64,000 bases of DNA from Squalus acanthias. Lineage: Eukaryota. Position 1 is the stretch's first letter. The number at the start of each line of letters is the position of its first letter. The notes beneath the pieces were generated by a model. That model saw only the letters and a program-made list of their open reading frames with translations. It had not been told where the DNA came from and made no database searches. The DNA lies in assembly GCA_030390025.1 (NCBI GenBank), contig CM059432.1:36954001-37018000 (forward strand), written 5' to 3'. Positions 25,053-38,540 of the stretch are shown one piece after another. The position numbers and the translations under genes were made by a program.

Positions 25053-26606
25053 TGGGAAAGAAAACAAATATATAAAGCATTGAGAACACCACAAGGAACA
25101 TTCCAATCACTAATTTAAACTTTAAAAAAAATTCACCTCCACTACTTACCTCTCTTTACTCAGTTATGGGTCACCCTTGCTGACTGGGCATTGTTTTTGG
25201 CAAGCCCAGACAGCAAATGTCTGCAAGATATTCAACTGCAGAGGGCATTACTGGTGGCCAATCCTGCCTTCACCCACAGAGCCACCTCTCAGCAATGTAA
25301 TCAAGAGCAGGAACCCTGATCAACTTTCCCATTCCTAGCCCAGGGCCACAGGAGCTAAACATATGCCTCTTGGCACTGCTTAGCAGGCCCATAAGATCAG
25401 GAGGTGAGGACCTCATCCCTCAGCAGGAAGCCCTTCACCGACAGGTCACAAGACAGATAAACAAAACCGGCTACTGTAACAGTCACACAATAGTTCTTGA
25501 AAATGCCCTCCACTCAAAGAATCCCGTTGAGATTTTATTTACACCAGAGCTTTAAACGCCAGGAGAAATATTCTCCAAGAACCAATATAAAACCAATTTG
25601 ATTCAGCTTTCTGGATACTTAAAAACACTTCAAATCTCATCCTATCCAACACCATGTCTGCTTGCATCTACCTCTAACATGTTCTACCTCCAACCTCACC
25701 TCCATCCTTTCATTCTCTCGACTTCCTGAGCTTACCCTATACAAACGCCAACTTGTCCAAAATTTAGTCACCTGCAACCTGCCACACACCAAGTCCCCAG
25801 TCACCCACCGACTTAGGCTCACCAACTCCACGTCATTTGATGCACTGAATCAAAGATTATCTTCTTCAATTCCATACACGGCTTTGCTCCACTTCACACC
25901 TCCAATCTCCTCCAACCCCATATCCTAGCCCCAGGCCCCTTTGGTCCACAGATTCTGCGTCTCTTCCCCACTCCTTCAATACGATCCCCAGTCTGTGCCG
26001 AGTAAACTGATCTCAAGCTGCAGTGGCACAAGAATTAACCTCAGCATCCCTAAGCTGGTAACGAGGAGGAAAAAAATAAACAGCACACAGCCAGGGTTCA
26101 TGTCCTTGACCGCTATCCAACAACCACCCCGCAGCGCCCCCAACCCAAGCTAAAAAGGGCCTGTGTGTCAGGATACGACTCAGCTGTGATGTTTCTTCCA
26201 TGGTGAAACAGCCTGCTGAAACTCTCGAATCAGAACCACACAGCACAGAAGGAGGCCATTTGACTATTCAATTAGTCCCACTCCCCCGCTCTTTCCTCAT
26301 AGCCCTGCAAAATTTTCCTTTTCAAAGTCAGTATCTAATGTCAATATATGAATGACAACATGGATGAGATTCCAGAAGAATCATACCCCAGCACTTGACT
26401 GCCTTCAGAAGGAGAGAAGGGAAACAGTTAAATCTCAATGAAGTCATCTATTCTTAGAGGCTGTTGGCAGGAAAATAACCTTACAGTGCCTAATTGTTAA
26501 TTAACTAACAACTAATTAACAATTTTAAAACAGTTGCAGGCAGTTTTGCAGATCCATTCTGAAGGAGCAGACAGCTGTATAAAATTCTTCTGAATCTTGT
26601 AGAGAT

Positions 26607-28848
26607 TAAGAACATAAGAATTAGGAGCAGGAGTAGGCCATACGGCCGTCGAGCCTGCTCCACCATTCAATAAGATCATGGCTGATCTTTAGCCGCAACT
26701 CCATTTTCCTGCCCGATCCCCATATCCCTTGATACCCCAAGAGTCCAAAAACCTATCTAACTCAGCCTTGAATATACTCAATGACTCAGCATACACAGCC
26801 CTTTGGGGTAGAGAATTCCAAAGATTCACAACCTTCTGAGTGAAGAAATTCCTCCTCATCTCAGTCTTAAATGGCCAACCCTTTATCCCGAGACTATGCC
26901 CCCTAGTTCTCGACTCTCCAGCCAGGGGAAACAACCTCTCAGCATCTACCCTGTCAAGCCCCTTCAGTATCTTGTATGTTTCAATGAGATCACCTCTCAT
27001 TCTTCTAAACTCCAGAGAGTATAGGCCCAATCGGCTCAATGTCTCCTCATAGGACAGCCCTCTCATCCCAGGGATCAATCTAGTGAACCTTCGTTGCACC
27101 GCCTCTAAGGCAACTATGTCCTTTCTCAGATAAGGAGACCAAAACTGTGCACAGTTCTCTAGGTGTGGTCTCACCAAAGTCCTCTACAATTGTACTAAGA
27201 ATTCCTTCCTCTTGTACTCCAACCCCCTTGCAATAAAGGCCAACATGCCATTTGCTTTCCTTATTGCTTGCTGTTCCTGCGTGCTAACTCCGTGTTTCCT
27301 GTACGCGGTCTCACTGAACACCAACATTTAATAGTTTCTCACCATTTAAAAAATATTCTGTTTTTTTATTCTTCCTACCAAAGTGAAGAACCTCACATTT
27401 CTCGACATTATACTCCATCTGCCACCTTCTTGCCTACTCACTTAACCTGTCTCTATCCCTTTGCAGACTCTTTGTGTCCTCCTCCCAGCTTACTTTCCCA
27501 CCTAGCTTTGTATCATCAGCAAACTTGGATACATTACACTCGGTCCCTTCATCGAAGTCATTAATATAGATTGTAAATAGCTGAGGCCCCAACACTGATC
27601 CTTGCAGCACCCCACTCGGTACAGCCTGCCAATTGGAAAATGACCCATTTATCCCTACTCTGTTTTCTGTCCGTTAACCAATCCTCTATCCATGCTAATA
27701 TATTATCCCCAACCCCATGAGCCCTTATCTTGCATAGCTACCATTTATGTGGCACCTTATCAAATGCCTTTTGGAAATCCAAAATCTACTAGATCCACTG
27801 GATCCCCTTTATCTACCCTGCTGATTACATCCTCAAAAAATTCTAATGAATTTGTTAAACACGATTTCCTTTTCATAAAACCATGTTGACTCTGCCTAAC
27901 CATATTATGATTTTCCAAGTACCCTGTTACCACTTCCTTGATAATGGATTCCACCATTTTGCTGACAACTGATGTCAGGCGAACTAGCCTGCAGTGCCCC
28001 CTTTTCTCTTCCTCCTTTCTCAAATAGCAGTGTTACATTTACTACCTTCCAATCAGCTGAGATCGTTCTAGAATCTGGGGAATTTTGGAAGATCACAACC
28101 AATGCAGCCACTATTTCTGCAGCCACCTCTTTGCGAACCCTCGGATGTAGTCCATCAGGTCCAGGGGATTTGTCGGTTTTTAGTCGCATTAGTTTCTCAA
28201 GTACTTTTTCTCTACTGATATTACTTTAAGATTCTCACTATTATTACCCCTTGGTTCCCCACTATTTTTGGTATGCTTCTTGTGTCTTCTGCTGTGAAGA
28301 CAGATACAAAATATTTCTTTAAAGTCTCTGCCATTTCCTTATTCCCCATTATAATTTCACCTGTCTCAGCCTCTACGGGACCAATGCTTACTTTTGTTAC
28401 GCTCTTCCTTTTTAAATACTTGTAGAATCTCTAACAATCTGTTTTTATATTTCTTGCTAGTTTACTCTCATTCAATTTCCTCCATTATCATCAATTTTTT
28501 GATCATCTTTTGCTGGTTTCTAAAGCTCTCCCAATCCTCAGGCTTACTGCTATTCTTCGCAACATTATAAGCCTCTTCTTTTAATCTCATACTATCCTTA
28601 ACTTCTTTAGTTAGCCACAGATGGATCACTTTTGCCGTGGATATTTTATTTCTCAGTGGAATGTATATTCATTGAGAATTTTGGAATATTTCTTCAAATG
28701 TCTGCCACTGCTTATCTACCGTCATAGCTTTTAATCTAATTTCCCAAACTACCTTAGCTAACTCAAAACCAATTACGTAGGTGTGAGGGGCAAGTTTAAG
28801 ACTCTCGTTTCGGATTTAAGTATTTCACGCTCAAACTCAATGTGAAAT
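26607..28848 (-). mobile_element. CR1 LINE, decayed ORF2 and 3' UTR
   Basis: ORFs 26689-27177 (VRPHLENCAQFWSP...), 27760-28023 and 27905-28189; (ttcttatg)n-type tail. Confidence 0.9.
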
Positions 28849-28849
28849 G

Positions 28850-29669
28850 GTAGTAATACAAGCACAATCCCGGCGGAATCGGCCAAACCAGCGTACAAGA
28901 TCGGAGAATTTTAAATGTAAGCGAGTTACACCCAAAATCCACTTACGTTCATGTTTTATGCTGGTCCAAGATTCAATTCACCGGAATCAGGCCCCGCCCA
29001 CAAAACAGGCCACACCTCCAGGTCAAATTCCCGAGATTCCACTGACTGCTCTGGTTAGGGAAGGCTCTTCAAATTGCGCTCATTTTCTTAGACATACAGG
29101 CACATTTAAAAAAAAAAATTTAATGTCAAAAAAATTAATTTTCTGAGAAACTGACTAGTGTACACCAATTAAATGTTCCAGTATAGTTTTTTTCTTAAGT
29201 AATTTTCATTGATTTTAAATCAGGTTACTCACAGGTGGAGAACTGGACACCAATGTTCCCTTTAAGATGCGCAGTCGCACAGCGCTCCAGAGGTCCCGCG
29301 CAGCCGGTGAGCTGGCTTTTAAATTGAAAAACCACACATACGCTGACATTTGAATGGGTTGTGTGGAGCAAAAAAAAATTTAGGGGGAGCATTGCTGGAC
29401 ACCCTAATTAAAAATGTTTATTTTTGCAGACAAACCCATTTTCAGCTGAGTTAATAAAACTGCACCAGGTTACCACTCTTAAATGAGGAATACGTTTTAA
29501 TGGAAAGACGAAAAAAAATACATACATTCTATTACGCTACCCAATTGCGCTGGTTCATGGAAGATTTTACATTTGTGATTATGCAAATTAATTTTAGCAG
29601 AAACTGTAACCTAACCAGCACAATTTGGGCGCAATTTCCCCGATTGCGCCCAAAGCTGAAACTCTGCTC
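28850..29669. mobile_element. Fragment of a putative non-autonomous DNA transposon (Harbinger-like terminus at the right end)
   Basis: CpG-rich ends and an AT-rich middle. The right end reads ggagcagagtttc on -, with a perfect 12-bp subterminal palindrome at 29624-29654. The left end abuts a CR1. Confidence 0.4.
29251..29394. mobile_element. hAT-type MITE (144 bp)
   Basis: TIR caatgttccc / gggagcattg; perfect 8-bp TSD ctggacac at 29243-29250 and 29395-29402. Confidence 0.85.
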
Positions 29670-30659
29670 CTTTGCCTTTACAAATAACCTTCAAATGTCT
29701 CAACAACAGTGCCATCTCGTGGGAATAACTGGAATATCAGCTTCATACACAGACAATATACATACACGGTGATTTATGTCTCCAATACAAGTGGCACTTT
29801 CCCGCCCCCCCCGTCCCCACAAACAATGTGGTCCCCTTTAATCCCTCTTCCAAAGGCACTGGCTGATGAGTTACAGATACAGACACCGGCTGTTCTCAGC
29901 CCCCACCGTCAAGTGGCTGTTATGTCAACACAAGACTGCACAGCAAGCATCAGTGACAGGAACCACAGCCAAGTTTGGTCCTTTCTAGATAGCGTCCCAA
30001 GTTCCAGGCCCTCTATTTCTAGCTTCAGATGAAGTGACAATACAGCTCCTACAATTTATCAGCGCCTTGGCTAGGAGGTCAATGGATTGCACCAATGCTG
30101 ACATGTGGAAGCTAACATTTGCAGTACAACAGTGACATTTACAAGAACCAACATGGTTGGCTCTTAACTGCCCTCTGAAGTGGCCTAGCAAGCCACTCAG
30201 TTGTATCACAGCACTACAATGAATTCAACAGCTCAAGGATAAGGTCCACCACCAGCACCTCAGGACAACTAGTGATGCACAATAAATGCCGACTTGGCCA
30301 GCAACTCCCACATCCGAAGAATGTTTTTCGTCTTTTTAAAAAAAAAAAATCCATTCCCAATTTGTGCAATCACCCACCAATGTCAGGAGGGGCCACTCAA
30401 AGGCCCAACCCAAAACCTGCCCCTGGCTCTCATATCAGCTGCTGTTGCATCAGTCATGCAATGTTAAAAATCCCACGAACATCAGCGTTCAAGCTCCGTT
30501 GCCTTTACTAAGGAGAGAGCAAGTCATCTCTCAGACCTAGAACTGTCCAGGAATGGCAGGCAGACTCTGCCTCAGTAGAAAACTAACAGTCCTCATCAGT
30601 GACACAAACATCAAACCCACAGAGCTGGGCATTTTTCTAAAGCAAGGTTGATGGAAATA

Positions 30660-30797
30660 CACAAGCAAAATACTGAGGAATCTGGAAACCCGATATAAAA
30701 ACAGAAAATGCTGGAAATACTCAGCAGGTCAGGCAGCATCTGTGGAGAGAGAAACAGAGTTAACGTTTTAGGTCGATGACCTTTCGTCAGAACTGCA
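30660..30797 (-). mobile_element. Penelope-like 3' tail with a hammerhead motif (G12 mutated to A)
   Basis: Minus strand reads cagttCTGACGAaaggtcatcgacctAAAACGTTaactctg...gatgctgcctgacctgctgag; same family as 60440-60565. Confidence 0.7.
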
Positions 30798-31708
30798 TGG
30801 AAATACATCAGTTTTCTAAAAGATAATTTCTTCCCCAGCTCTTGCTGTTGACACCATTACTGAGATACAGTTCCACGCACAGTTGTCACATTTTGCAGTG
30901 AATGGGCAAGCTGTTCCTCCACTGGGGCATCGCAGGAGAGGCTGATGCTGCCCTCACCCCAACGTCCATACACGTAGTTTTCAGCAGGGATTACCGGACA
31001 CCAGTAAGGAACGAAAGCCCCGGCTGGCTTTACCTCATCCAAGACTGGCTAACCTGGCATGCAGTAGGTTCAAACTTAGTTACTGGCCGATCTGTACAGC
31101 TCATGTTTTAGACCAAAATGATTGATAATGGCGGAGTAAGAAAATACCAACACTGTACCCACAGTGTTGTGTTTCTGTGCCAAGTTATCGATCAGAGCAG
31201 CAGTAGGGTGTCCTGCAGTTAATCTCAGTCTCCCAGAGGAAAGGGGGAATTATACAGGGAGCTCCCTCTTGATCTTGGGACGTTTTATTACGTTAAAGGC
31301 GCAATATAAATATAAGTTGTTGTTGTTGATGACTCAAACTGGGAGTGCCAATGAAGACAGGATTAAGCTCATACGTGATGCTCTCCATGGAGGAATAAGC
31401 TACTGACACACATCCTCCAGGCTCAATTGATAAATGTACACTTGGGCGAGGTACCGGAGGGAAGAATATTTGGGGAGGGTGGGAGGTAATCACATCAGAG
31501 TCCAATCCTGTTTTCACGCATCATTCACGTGCACACACTTTTCAGCAGGCATTGCTGAGCAGGGATCGAGAGGAGAGTGTGACTGATCACAACATCAATG
31601 CTACATCCAACCAAGTGTGGCACCAAGGAGCCCTAGAAAAACTGAGGTCAATTGGGTTCAAAGGAAAAATCTTCCAGTGGCTGGAGTCATAGCTTGCTCA
31701 AAGGAAGA

Positions 31709-32987
31709 TTATTGCTTAAGATAAAAAATCACGGGATTGGGGGTAATATTCTGGCATGGATAGAGGATTGGCTATCTAACAGAAGGCAGAGAGTTGGGAT
31801 AAATGGTTCATTCTCAGACTGGCAATCAGTAGCCAGTGGTGTTCTGCAGGGGTCAGTGCTGGGTCCCCAACTCTTTACAATCTATATTAACGATTTGGAG
31901 GAGGGGACCGAGTGTAACATATCAAAGTTTGCAGATGATACTAAGATGGGAGGGAAAGTAGTGAGTGAGGAGGACATAAAAAATCTGCAAGGGGACATAG
32001 ACAGGCTAAGTAAGTAGGCAGAGATTTGGCAGATGGAATACAATACTGGAAAGTGTGAGGTTATGCACTTTGGCAGGAAAAATAGTAGAACAAGTTATTA
32101 TCTTAATGGCAAGAAACTGGAAAGTACTAAAGTACAAAGGGATCTGGGGGTCCTGGTGCACGAAACTCAAAAGGTTAGTATGCAGGTGCAGCAAGTGATT
32201 AAGAAGGCCAATGGAATGTTGGCTTTCATTGCTAAGGGGATAGAATATAAAAATAGGGAGGTATTGCTTCAGTTGTACAAGGTATTGGTGAGACCGCACC
32301 TGGAATACTGCATACAGTTTTGGTGTCCATACTTAAGGAAAGACATCCTTGCTCTCGAGTCAGTACAAAGAAGGTTCACTCGGTTAATCCCGGGGATGAG
32401 GGGATGGACATATGAGGAGAGGTTGGGTAGATTGGGACTCTACTCATTGGAGTTCAGAAGAATGAGAGGCGATCTTATTGAAACATATAAGATTGTGAAG
32501 GGGTTGGATCGGGTGGATGCGGGGAGGATGTTCCCGATGATGGGTGAAACTAGAACTAGGGGGCATAGTCTTAGAATAAGGGGCTGCTCTTTCAAAACTG
32601 AGATGAGAAGGAACTACTTCACTCAGAGGGTGGTAGGTCCATGGAATATGCTGCCCCAAAAAGCTGTAGAAGCTACATCATTACATAAATTTAAAACAGA
32701 AAGAGACAGTTTCCTAGAAGTAAAGGGAATTAAGGGTTACGGGGAGCGGGCAGGAATTTGGACATGAGTCTAGGTTCGGATCGGTCATGGCCCTGTGGGT
32801 AGCGTAGCCGTGTAGCCTGATTCTGCTCCTATTTCGTGTGTCCAATTCTGTTAGGTTCAGGAGATGGTTCTGTGATAGTAGATTGGCGGTTAGGATCAGA
32901 TCAGCCATGATCTTATTGAATGGCGGAGCAGGCTCGAGGGGCCAACTGGCCTTCTCCTGCTCCTATTTCTTATGTTCTTATGTTCTA
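31709..32987 (+). mobile_element. CR1 LINE (RT and 3' UTR) inserted in a family-B LINE remnant (31585-34340)
   Basis: ORFs 31652-32017 and 32033-32767. The host reads ...caaaggaagat | aagatggctgtgg..., a 5-bp aagat duplication. Confidence 0.9.
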
Positions 32988-33199
32988 AGATGGCTGTGGT
33001 TGCTGTAGGCCAATCAGAGCCCCAGAACATTGCTGTAGTAATTTCTTCAAGGAACCACCCTTAGCCCAACCATCTTCAGCTGCTTCATCAACAACTTTGC
33101 CTCCAACATAAGGTCAGGAGTGGGGCTATTCATTGATTCTACACTGTTCAGCTTTATTCACATCTGCTCCGATAATGGAGCAGCCCCTGCCAGTCTACA

Positions 33200-33848
33200 G
33201 TTGATAGAACTGAAAAGCAGGGAGGTCATGCTAAACTTATATAGAACCTTGGTTAGCCCACACTTGGAGTACTGTGCACAATTCTGGTCACCATATTATT
33301 AAAAAAGGACATTAGAGGCATTGGAGAAGGTGCAAAAAAGATTTACAAGGATGATACCAGAACTGAGAGGATATAATTATCAGGAAAGTAAAGGCTGAAT
33401 AGACTGGGGCTCTTTTCTCTAGAAAAGAGAAGGCTGAGAGGTGACCTAATAGAGGTATTTAAGATTATTATAGGGTTTGATAGGGTAGACGTAGAGAAAA
33501 TGTTTCCACTTGTATGGGGCGGAGCGGGGGGAATCCAAAACTAGAGGCCAGAAATACAAGATAGTCACCAATAAATCCAATTGGGAATTCAGGAGAAACT
33601 CCTTTACCCAAAACGTGACAAGAATGTAGAATGAGCTACCACAAGGAGTAGTTGATGTGAATAGTCCAGTTGAATTTAAGGGGAAGCTAGATAAGCAAAT
33701 GCGGGAGAAAGGAATAGAAGAAGAATATGCTGAAAGGGTTAGATGAAGTAGGGTGGGAGGAGGCTCGTGTGGAGCATAAACATCGGCATAGTTGGCATTG
33801 GCCAGTTGGGCCAAATGGCCTGTTTCTGTGCTGTACACTCGATGTAAC
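33200..33848 (+). mobile_element. CR1 LINE 3' fragment, second insertion in the same host LINE
   Basis: IELKSREVMLNLYRTLVSPHLEYCAQFWSPYY and a CR1 tail; the host LINE resumes at ~33850. Confidence 0.8.
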
Positions 33849-35899
33849 ATGGTCTGGACGACGTCCAGGCTTGGCAGTCAAGTGACAGCTAACACTTTTT
33901 GACCATCTCCAACAAGAGAAAGCCAGCCATTCGCTACTTGTCAGCAACAGCATCACCACTGCCGGGTCCCTCGCCATCAACATATTAGGGTGATCACTGA
34001 CCAGAAGCTTAACTACATCAGCAGGGCAGAGGTTGGTGACTCAGCAATGAGTAGTTTACCTTCTAACCCCTCAACATCTATCCATGAGACTTAAGTTAAT
34101 GGGGTGATGGAATACTCACCGCTTGGCTGGATGGGTACAGCTGCAAAAATATTCAAAAAGCTCAACACCATCCAACTTAGTGCCATTTGATTGATCAGCG
34201 CCCCTGCCAGTGAATTCAATATCTGCCCCCTCTACCACCAGTGCACTATCGCTGCAGCATGTACAATTTACAGGATGCACAGCAACAATTCACCAAGGTT
34301 ATTTCTACGGCACCTTTCTAGCACTGGAACATCTACCACCTTCACTGTCACACATGAACACCAATCACTTGCAGCACCTCGTAAAGCTGGTCGTTAATTC
34401 TAAAAGAGACCTCACCCACTGCTCATTATCACAGTCGTATTGAAGGTTGATATTTCCAAATTACCTTACTTATGCTTTTCCCCTGCCCCACCCTATTCTA
34501 ATTTTATCCCTTTCGCCATTGACGCCTTCATCCACACTTTGGTGCCTCTTGCTGGAATTGCCTGGCACTCTCCTTGCCTTTCATAAACTACAATTCATCC
34601 AGAACTTCAGGTCCAGTCTCCTCACCCGCACCAAGGTCCCCAACTATCGTCCTCCTCAACTTCCGCTGGCTTCTCACATCCCAGAGAATCAACTTCAATA
34701 ATCTTATCCTCACCTTCAAATCCTGAAAGACCCGAGCCTCCACTGTCTCCTCCAGCCCCACTTCACGTTCTCCACTCTACCATCAGAAGACGCTCCTTCA
34801 GCCACCTTGCCCCTACCCTCTGGAACTCCCTTCTTCAGCATCTCCGTGTTGCCACCTCTCAAGATCTTCCTATTTAAATCATACTTTTGCCTCCTCCTAA
34901 CTCCCCCGGCTCATTGTTCACTCACTATCCACCACTGAGAGCTGTCTCTGCGGAATGAGTGCTACAGAAATTTAAGTTGTTAAAGGTGCAAAACCTCAGA
35001 CCATATATACTGGACCGTGGGTCTTCCAGCGCTTTGGTATCTCATCCAAGCAGCCTATCTGCAAGTGAACCTGGATATCAAGTCTCCGCCAGACTATTCA
35101 ACCAAGGGAGGGCATCACAGCTGAGCCCAATTCAGTCATCGTGCCAACATCCAAAGGGAGGGGGGGTATCACAGGATAGCTATTAGATGAGTAGAGCAGG
35201 CCAATTAGTCCCTCTCCCTGATCCAAGAGCGCCAAGATCAAATCTACCACCCTTTCTGTCTTGGCTGACAGCAAATAACTCAGCAGAGACCAGGAATTAA
35301 ACCTGGACCTTTCCCGGAGCAATGCCTCCCCACCCCCATCTTCAACTCAATAAATTGATGTCACAAACGGAAAAGAATGGGGAGGCAGATTCATTTTAGA
35401 GAATACGTAAAAAAGAAAATTGGAATTTGAAGGATAGAAAAAGGAAAAATGTACACAAGAAAAATACATTTTACAAGTCAGGAATCAAAATTCAACTCCT
35501 CGTACCCACCCCTCCACAGCTCAATAAGACTACCCACTGAGTAGCTGAGACACACACAGACCAGGAAAGTTCTGAGATTTACTGATGATCTGCACGGTTT
35601 GCTGATCTTTGATCAGCAGCAGAGTCGGGTAAACAGGGGAAAAGAAAGAAACCAGATCCTGCTCCTGACCACTACTGACCACAACATGTCCACTGCTGAG
35701 TGACCCGCTTCTGGAAAGTGCACGCGTGTGGTTGTCAGGTGAGAATACCACCAAGCTTGGTGGTCAAAGAGCTCTGCTGACACCCACCATCCAGGCTGAC
35801 CCTGTTTGATTCATCACTTAGGTGAGGTCCTGGAAGGCCGTCTGAACCATTTCACTCTCTGAATCTCTTTCACACTCTCCCCTGCAAGTTTGGATCATT

Positions 35900-36590
35900 A
35901 CATAATTACATAAAACTACAGCATAGAAACAAGCCAGTCAACCCAAATTGCTTACGCTGATATTTATACTCCACACGCTCCTCCACCCACTCTAATTACC
36001 TCTTCCTGCCCACCCCCATATCCCCTTCAAGTATGCAACGAGCCTCCCCTTGAATTCATCAATGCTATCTGCTTCAACCATCCATGTGTAAAGAAAGGCC
36101 TCCTAAATTCTTCATTTGATCTGTTAGTGGCTATCTTATATTTATGTCCCCTTGTTCTGAACTGACCCAGTAGAAACAATTTCTCCACATCCACCCTATC
36201 GAACCCCTTCATAATTTTAAAGACCTGTCGGGTCTCCTCTTTGTCTTCAAGAGAAAAAAAAAGCCCCAGCCTGTGCAATCTTGCTTCTACTCAATTCTGG
36301 CAACATCCTCGTAAATCTATTCTGCACTTTTTCCAGGTGCTTCAACATCCTTTTTGCAGTTATGGAGACCAGTACTGCGCATAGTACTCCAAAGGTGGTC
36401 TAACCAAGGCTCCATATAAATTTAACATTACCTCCCTGCTTTTGTATTCTATTCCTCTAGAAATGAACGCCCGTACTTTGTTTGCACTCTTTATCGCCTT
36501 ATCAACAACTAATTTAAAGTATCTTTATTCCCAGATGTTGTTCCTTCTCTACACCATTTAGTTTCTTGTCTTCCAAGGAATAACTGTACC
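35900..36590 (-). mobile_element. Degenerate CR1 3' fragment
   Basis: ORF 36027-36278 reads FKIMKGFDRVDVEKLF...RTRGHKYKI. Confidence 0.7.
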
Positions 36591-36973
36591 CTCTTGAGGG
36601 AGGATTGTGGGGGGGGGGGGGGGGGGGGGGGGGCAGGTGCAGGGAGAAAGGATTATTTTTTAAAAATTTGTGAATTTGCTTCTCGAAACAGAAATATTCC
36701 ACATTAAATATTAAATGTGCAACATGGAACACACTTCCAACAGGGTCAATCGTGCAGCTGCAATTTTTTTTTAAAGACATAAGCACACACACAGCCTCAA
36801 AATAAAACAAAAAGCAAAATATGCAGATGCTAGAAACCTGAAATAAAAATAGAAAATGCTGGAAACACTCACCAGGTCAGGTGGAGAGAGAAACACAAGG
36901 TTTATTATTCAGGCCGATGACCTTTCCCAACCTGAAACGTTAACCCTATGTTTCTACCTCCACACTTGCTGAG

Positions 36974-37136
36974 CAATGTTCCCCGTAATTTTTTTTGAGT
37001 ATGTGGCCCCTTTAAGGGGCTGTGCAGCCATTTCAGAGTTTCACGCATGCGCAAAATTGAACACTGGAAAAGTTGGTCCTGGGCTGCGCGGGACTGGCAG
37101 ACAGCTGTGCAGCCACGCAGCTCAGAGGGAACGTTG
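36974..37136. mobile_element. hAT-type MITE (163 bp) inside a Penelope-like tail
   Basis: TIR caatgttccc / gggaacgttg; TSD ttgctgag / ttgcggag. Confidence 0.8.
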
Positions 37137-37164
37137 TTGCGGAGTGCTTCCAGCATTTTGAAAG

Positions 37165-37595
37165 AACTTGCATTTATTTAGCACCTTTCATGACCGAAGG
37201 ACATCCTAAAGCTCTTAACAGCCAATCAAGTACTTTTGAAGTATAGTCACTGTTGTGATGTAGGGAAACGCAGCAGACAATTTGTGCACAGCATGGTCTC
37301 ACAATGAGATAATGACCAGATCATTTTTTTAGGTGTTGGTTGTGGGATAAATATTGGCCAGGACATCAGGAGAACTCCCCTGCTCTTCTACGAAATAATG
37401 CCATGTGGTCTTTTACATCCACCTGAGGGGGAAGACGGGCCTCATCCAAAAGACAGCACCACGACAGTGAAGCGTCCTTCAGTACTGCACTGGGAGTGTC
37501 GGCCTGGATTTTGTGCTCAAATCTCTGAAGTGGGACTTAAACGCACAACCATCTGACTCAAAGACAAGAGTGATACTACTGTGCCTCGGCTGACA
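37165..37595 (-). mobile_element. Deu-domain tRNA SINE copy
   Basis: Colinear with 990-1450. Confidence 0.7.
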
Positions 37596-38339
37596 TTTTC
37601 TGTTTTTATTGTAAAAACAATAAACCACAATTTCCCTTCCTCCCTCTTCAATAAATACTTACCCCACCCTCACCCCATCACCACCCCTCCTTGTTCAGTC
37701 ATTCAATGCACAGCAATGAGGCTGAACTCTGGCTGTGCTTCCAACACTTTAGGCCATCATTTCAAACAAATCGAGAAAAAGATTTTACAATTATAAAATC
37801 TAGTTTTAAAAAGTCTAATTTCAATGGCAGAGATGTTGACTTTGGTACAATTACAAAAGAGCAGATATAACATTAACAAGTCAAAGCCTAGACAGAATTT
37901 CTTTTGGAGGTGGGACAAGGAAATTGTCACACTTGGATGCAAGTATTTATATATAAAAACACACCTTACCAACCCCTTGAGTTTGCATCAATAATTGCAA
38001 GAGCAATTCCAAAGACAGAAAAATAAGTTTAGATTTTAATGGTGGGGGGTGGGTAGTAAGAGTTTGAGAGATATTAATTTTGTATTAAATATTATTTTGC
38101 AAATACAAGAGACAAATATACAGGATGCACTCACCCCAGGCATTGAATTTCCTACTTCTCTCTCTCCTATGTGAATAACAAAGAGAAATATTAACACAAA
38201 CTGCACTCAACAGATACCAGATGTCTATCTGCATTACTGCGAAGTTCTGGGGCTGATTCCCCCTTTGGGGTTTTTATCTATTTTTTATGATTATTCCACA
38301 AATAATCAGCCCCAACTGTCCAAGGCTGCAGGCTTTGGG

Positions 38340-38540
38340 CTTCCCATCCCGGATATCCCGCCCCCTCCTCCATCATTCTCGTCGCCCGTTGGACTCGCAT
38401 CTCGTTACCTTATCGCTTCCGAGGTCCGATTGGGTAAAGCTGCTGTCAGTCAGCTGCCCTCGCGTGACGCCTCATCCGTTGTCAAGTGGACGGAGGGCGG
38501 AAATTGCGTGAGCCATGCTGGGAATTGTAGTTTTTTCCCC
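38340..38540 (-). promoter_or_regulatory. CpG-rich housekeeping-type Pol II promoter with ZNF143/THAP11 (SBS) motif and first-exon donor
   Basis: ACTACAATTCCCAGCATG on - at 38514-38531, GC boxes (gggcgg, cccgccc), half-CRE tgacg, CCAAT (gattgg), ETS-like cggaa/ttccg, and donor AAG|gtaacg at 38409/38408. CpG density is high for unique sequence here. Confidence 0.7.
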
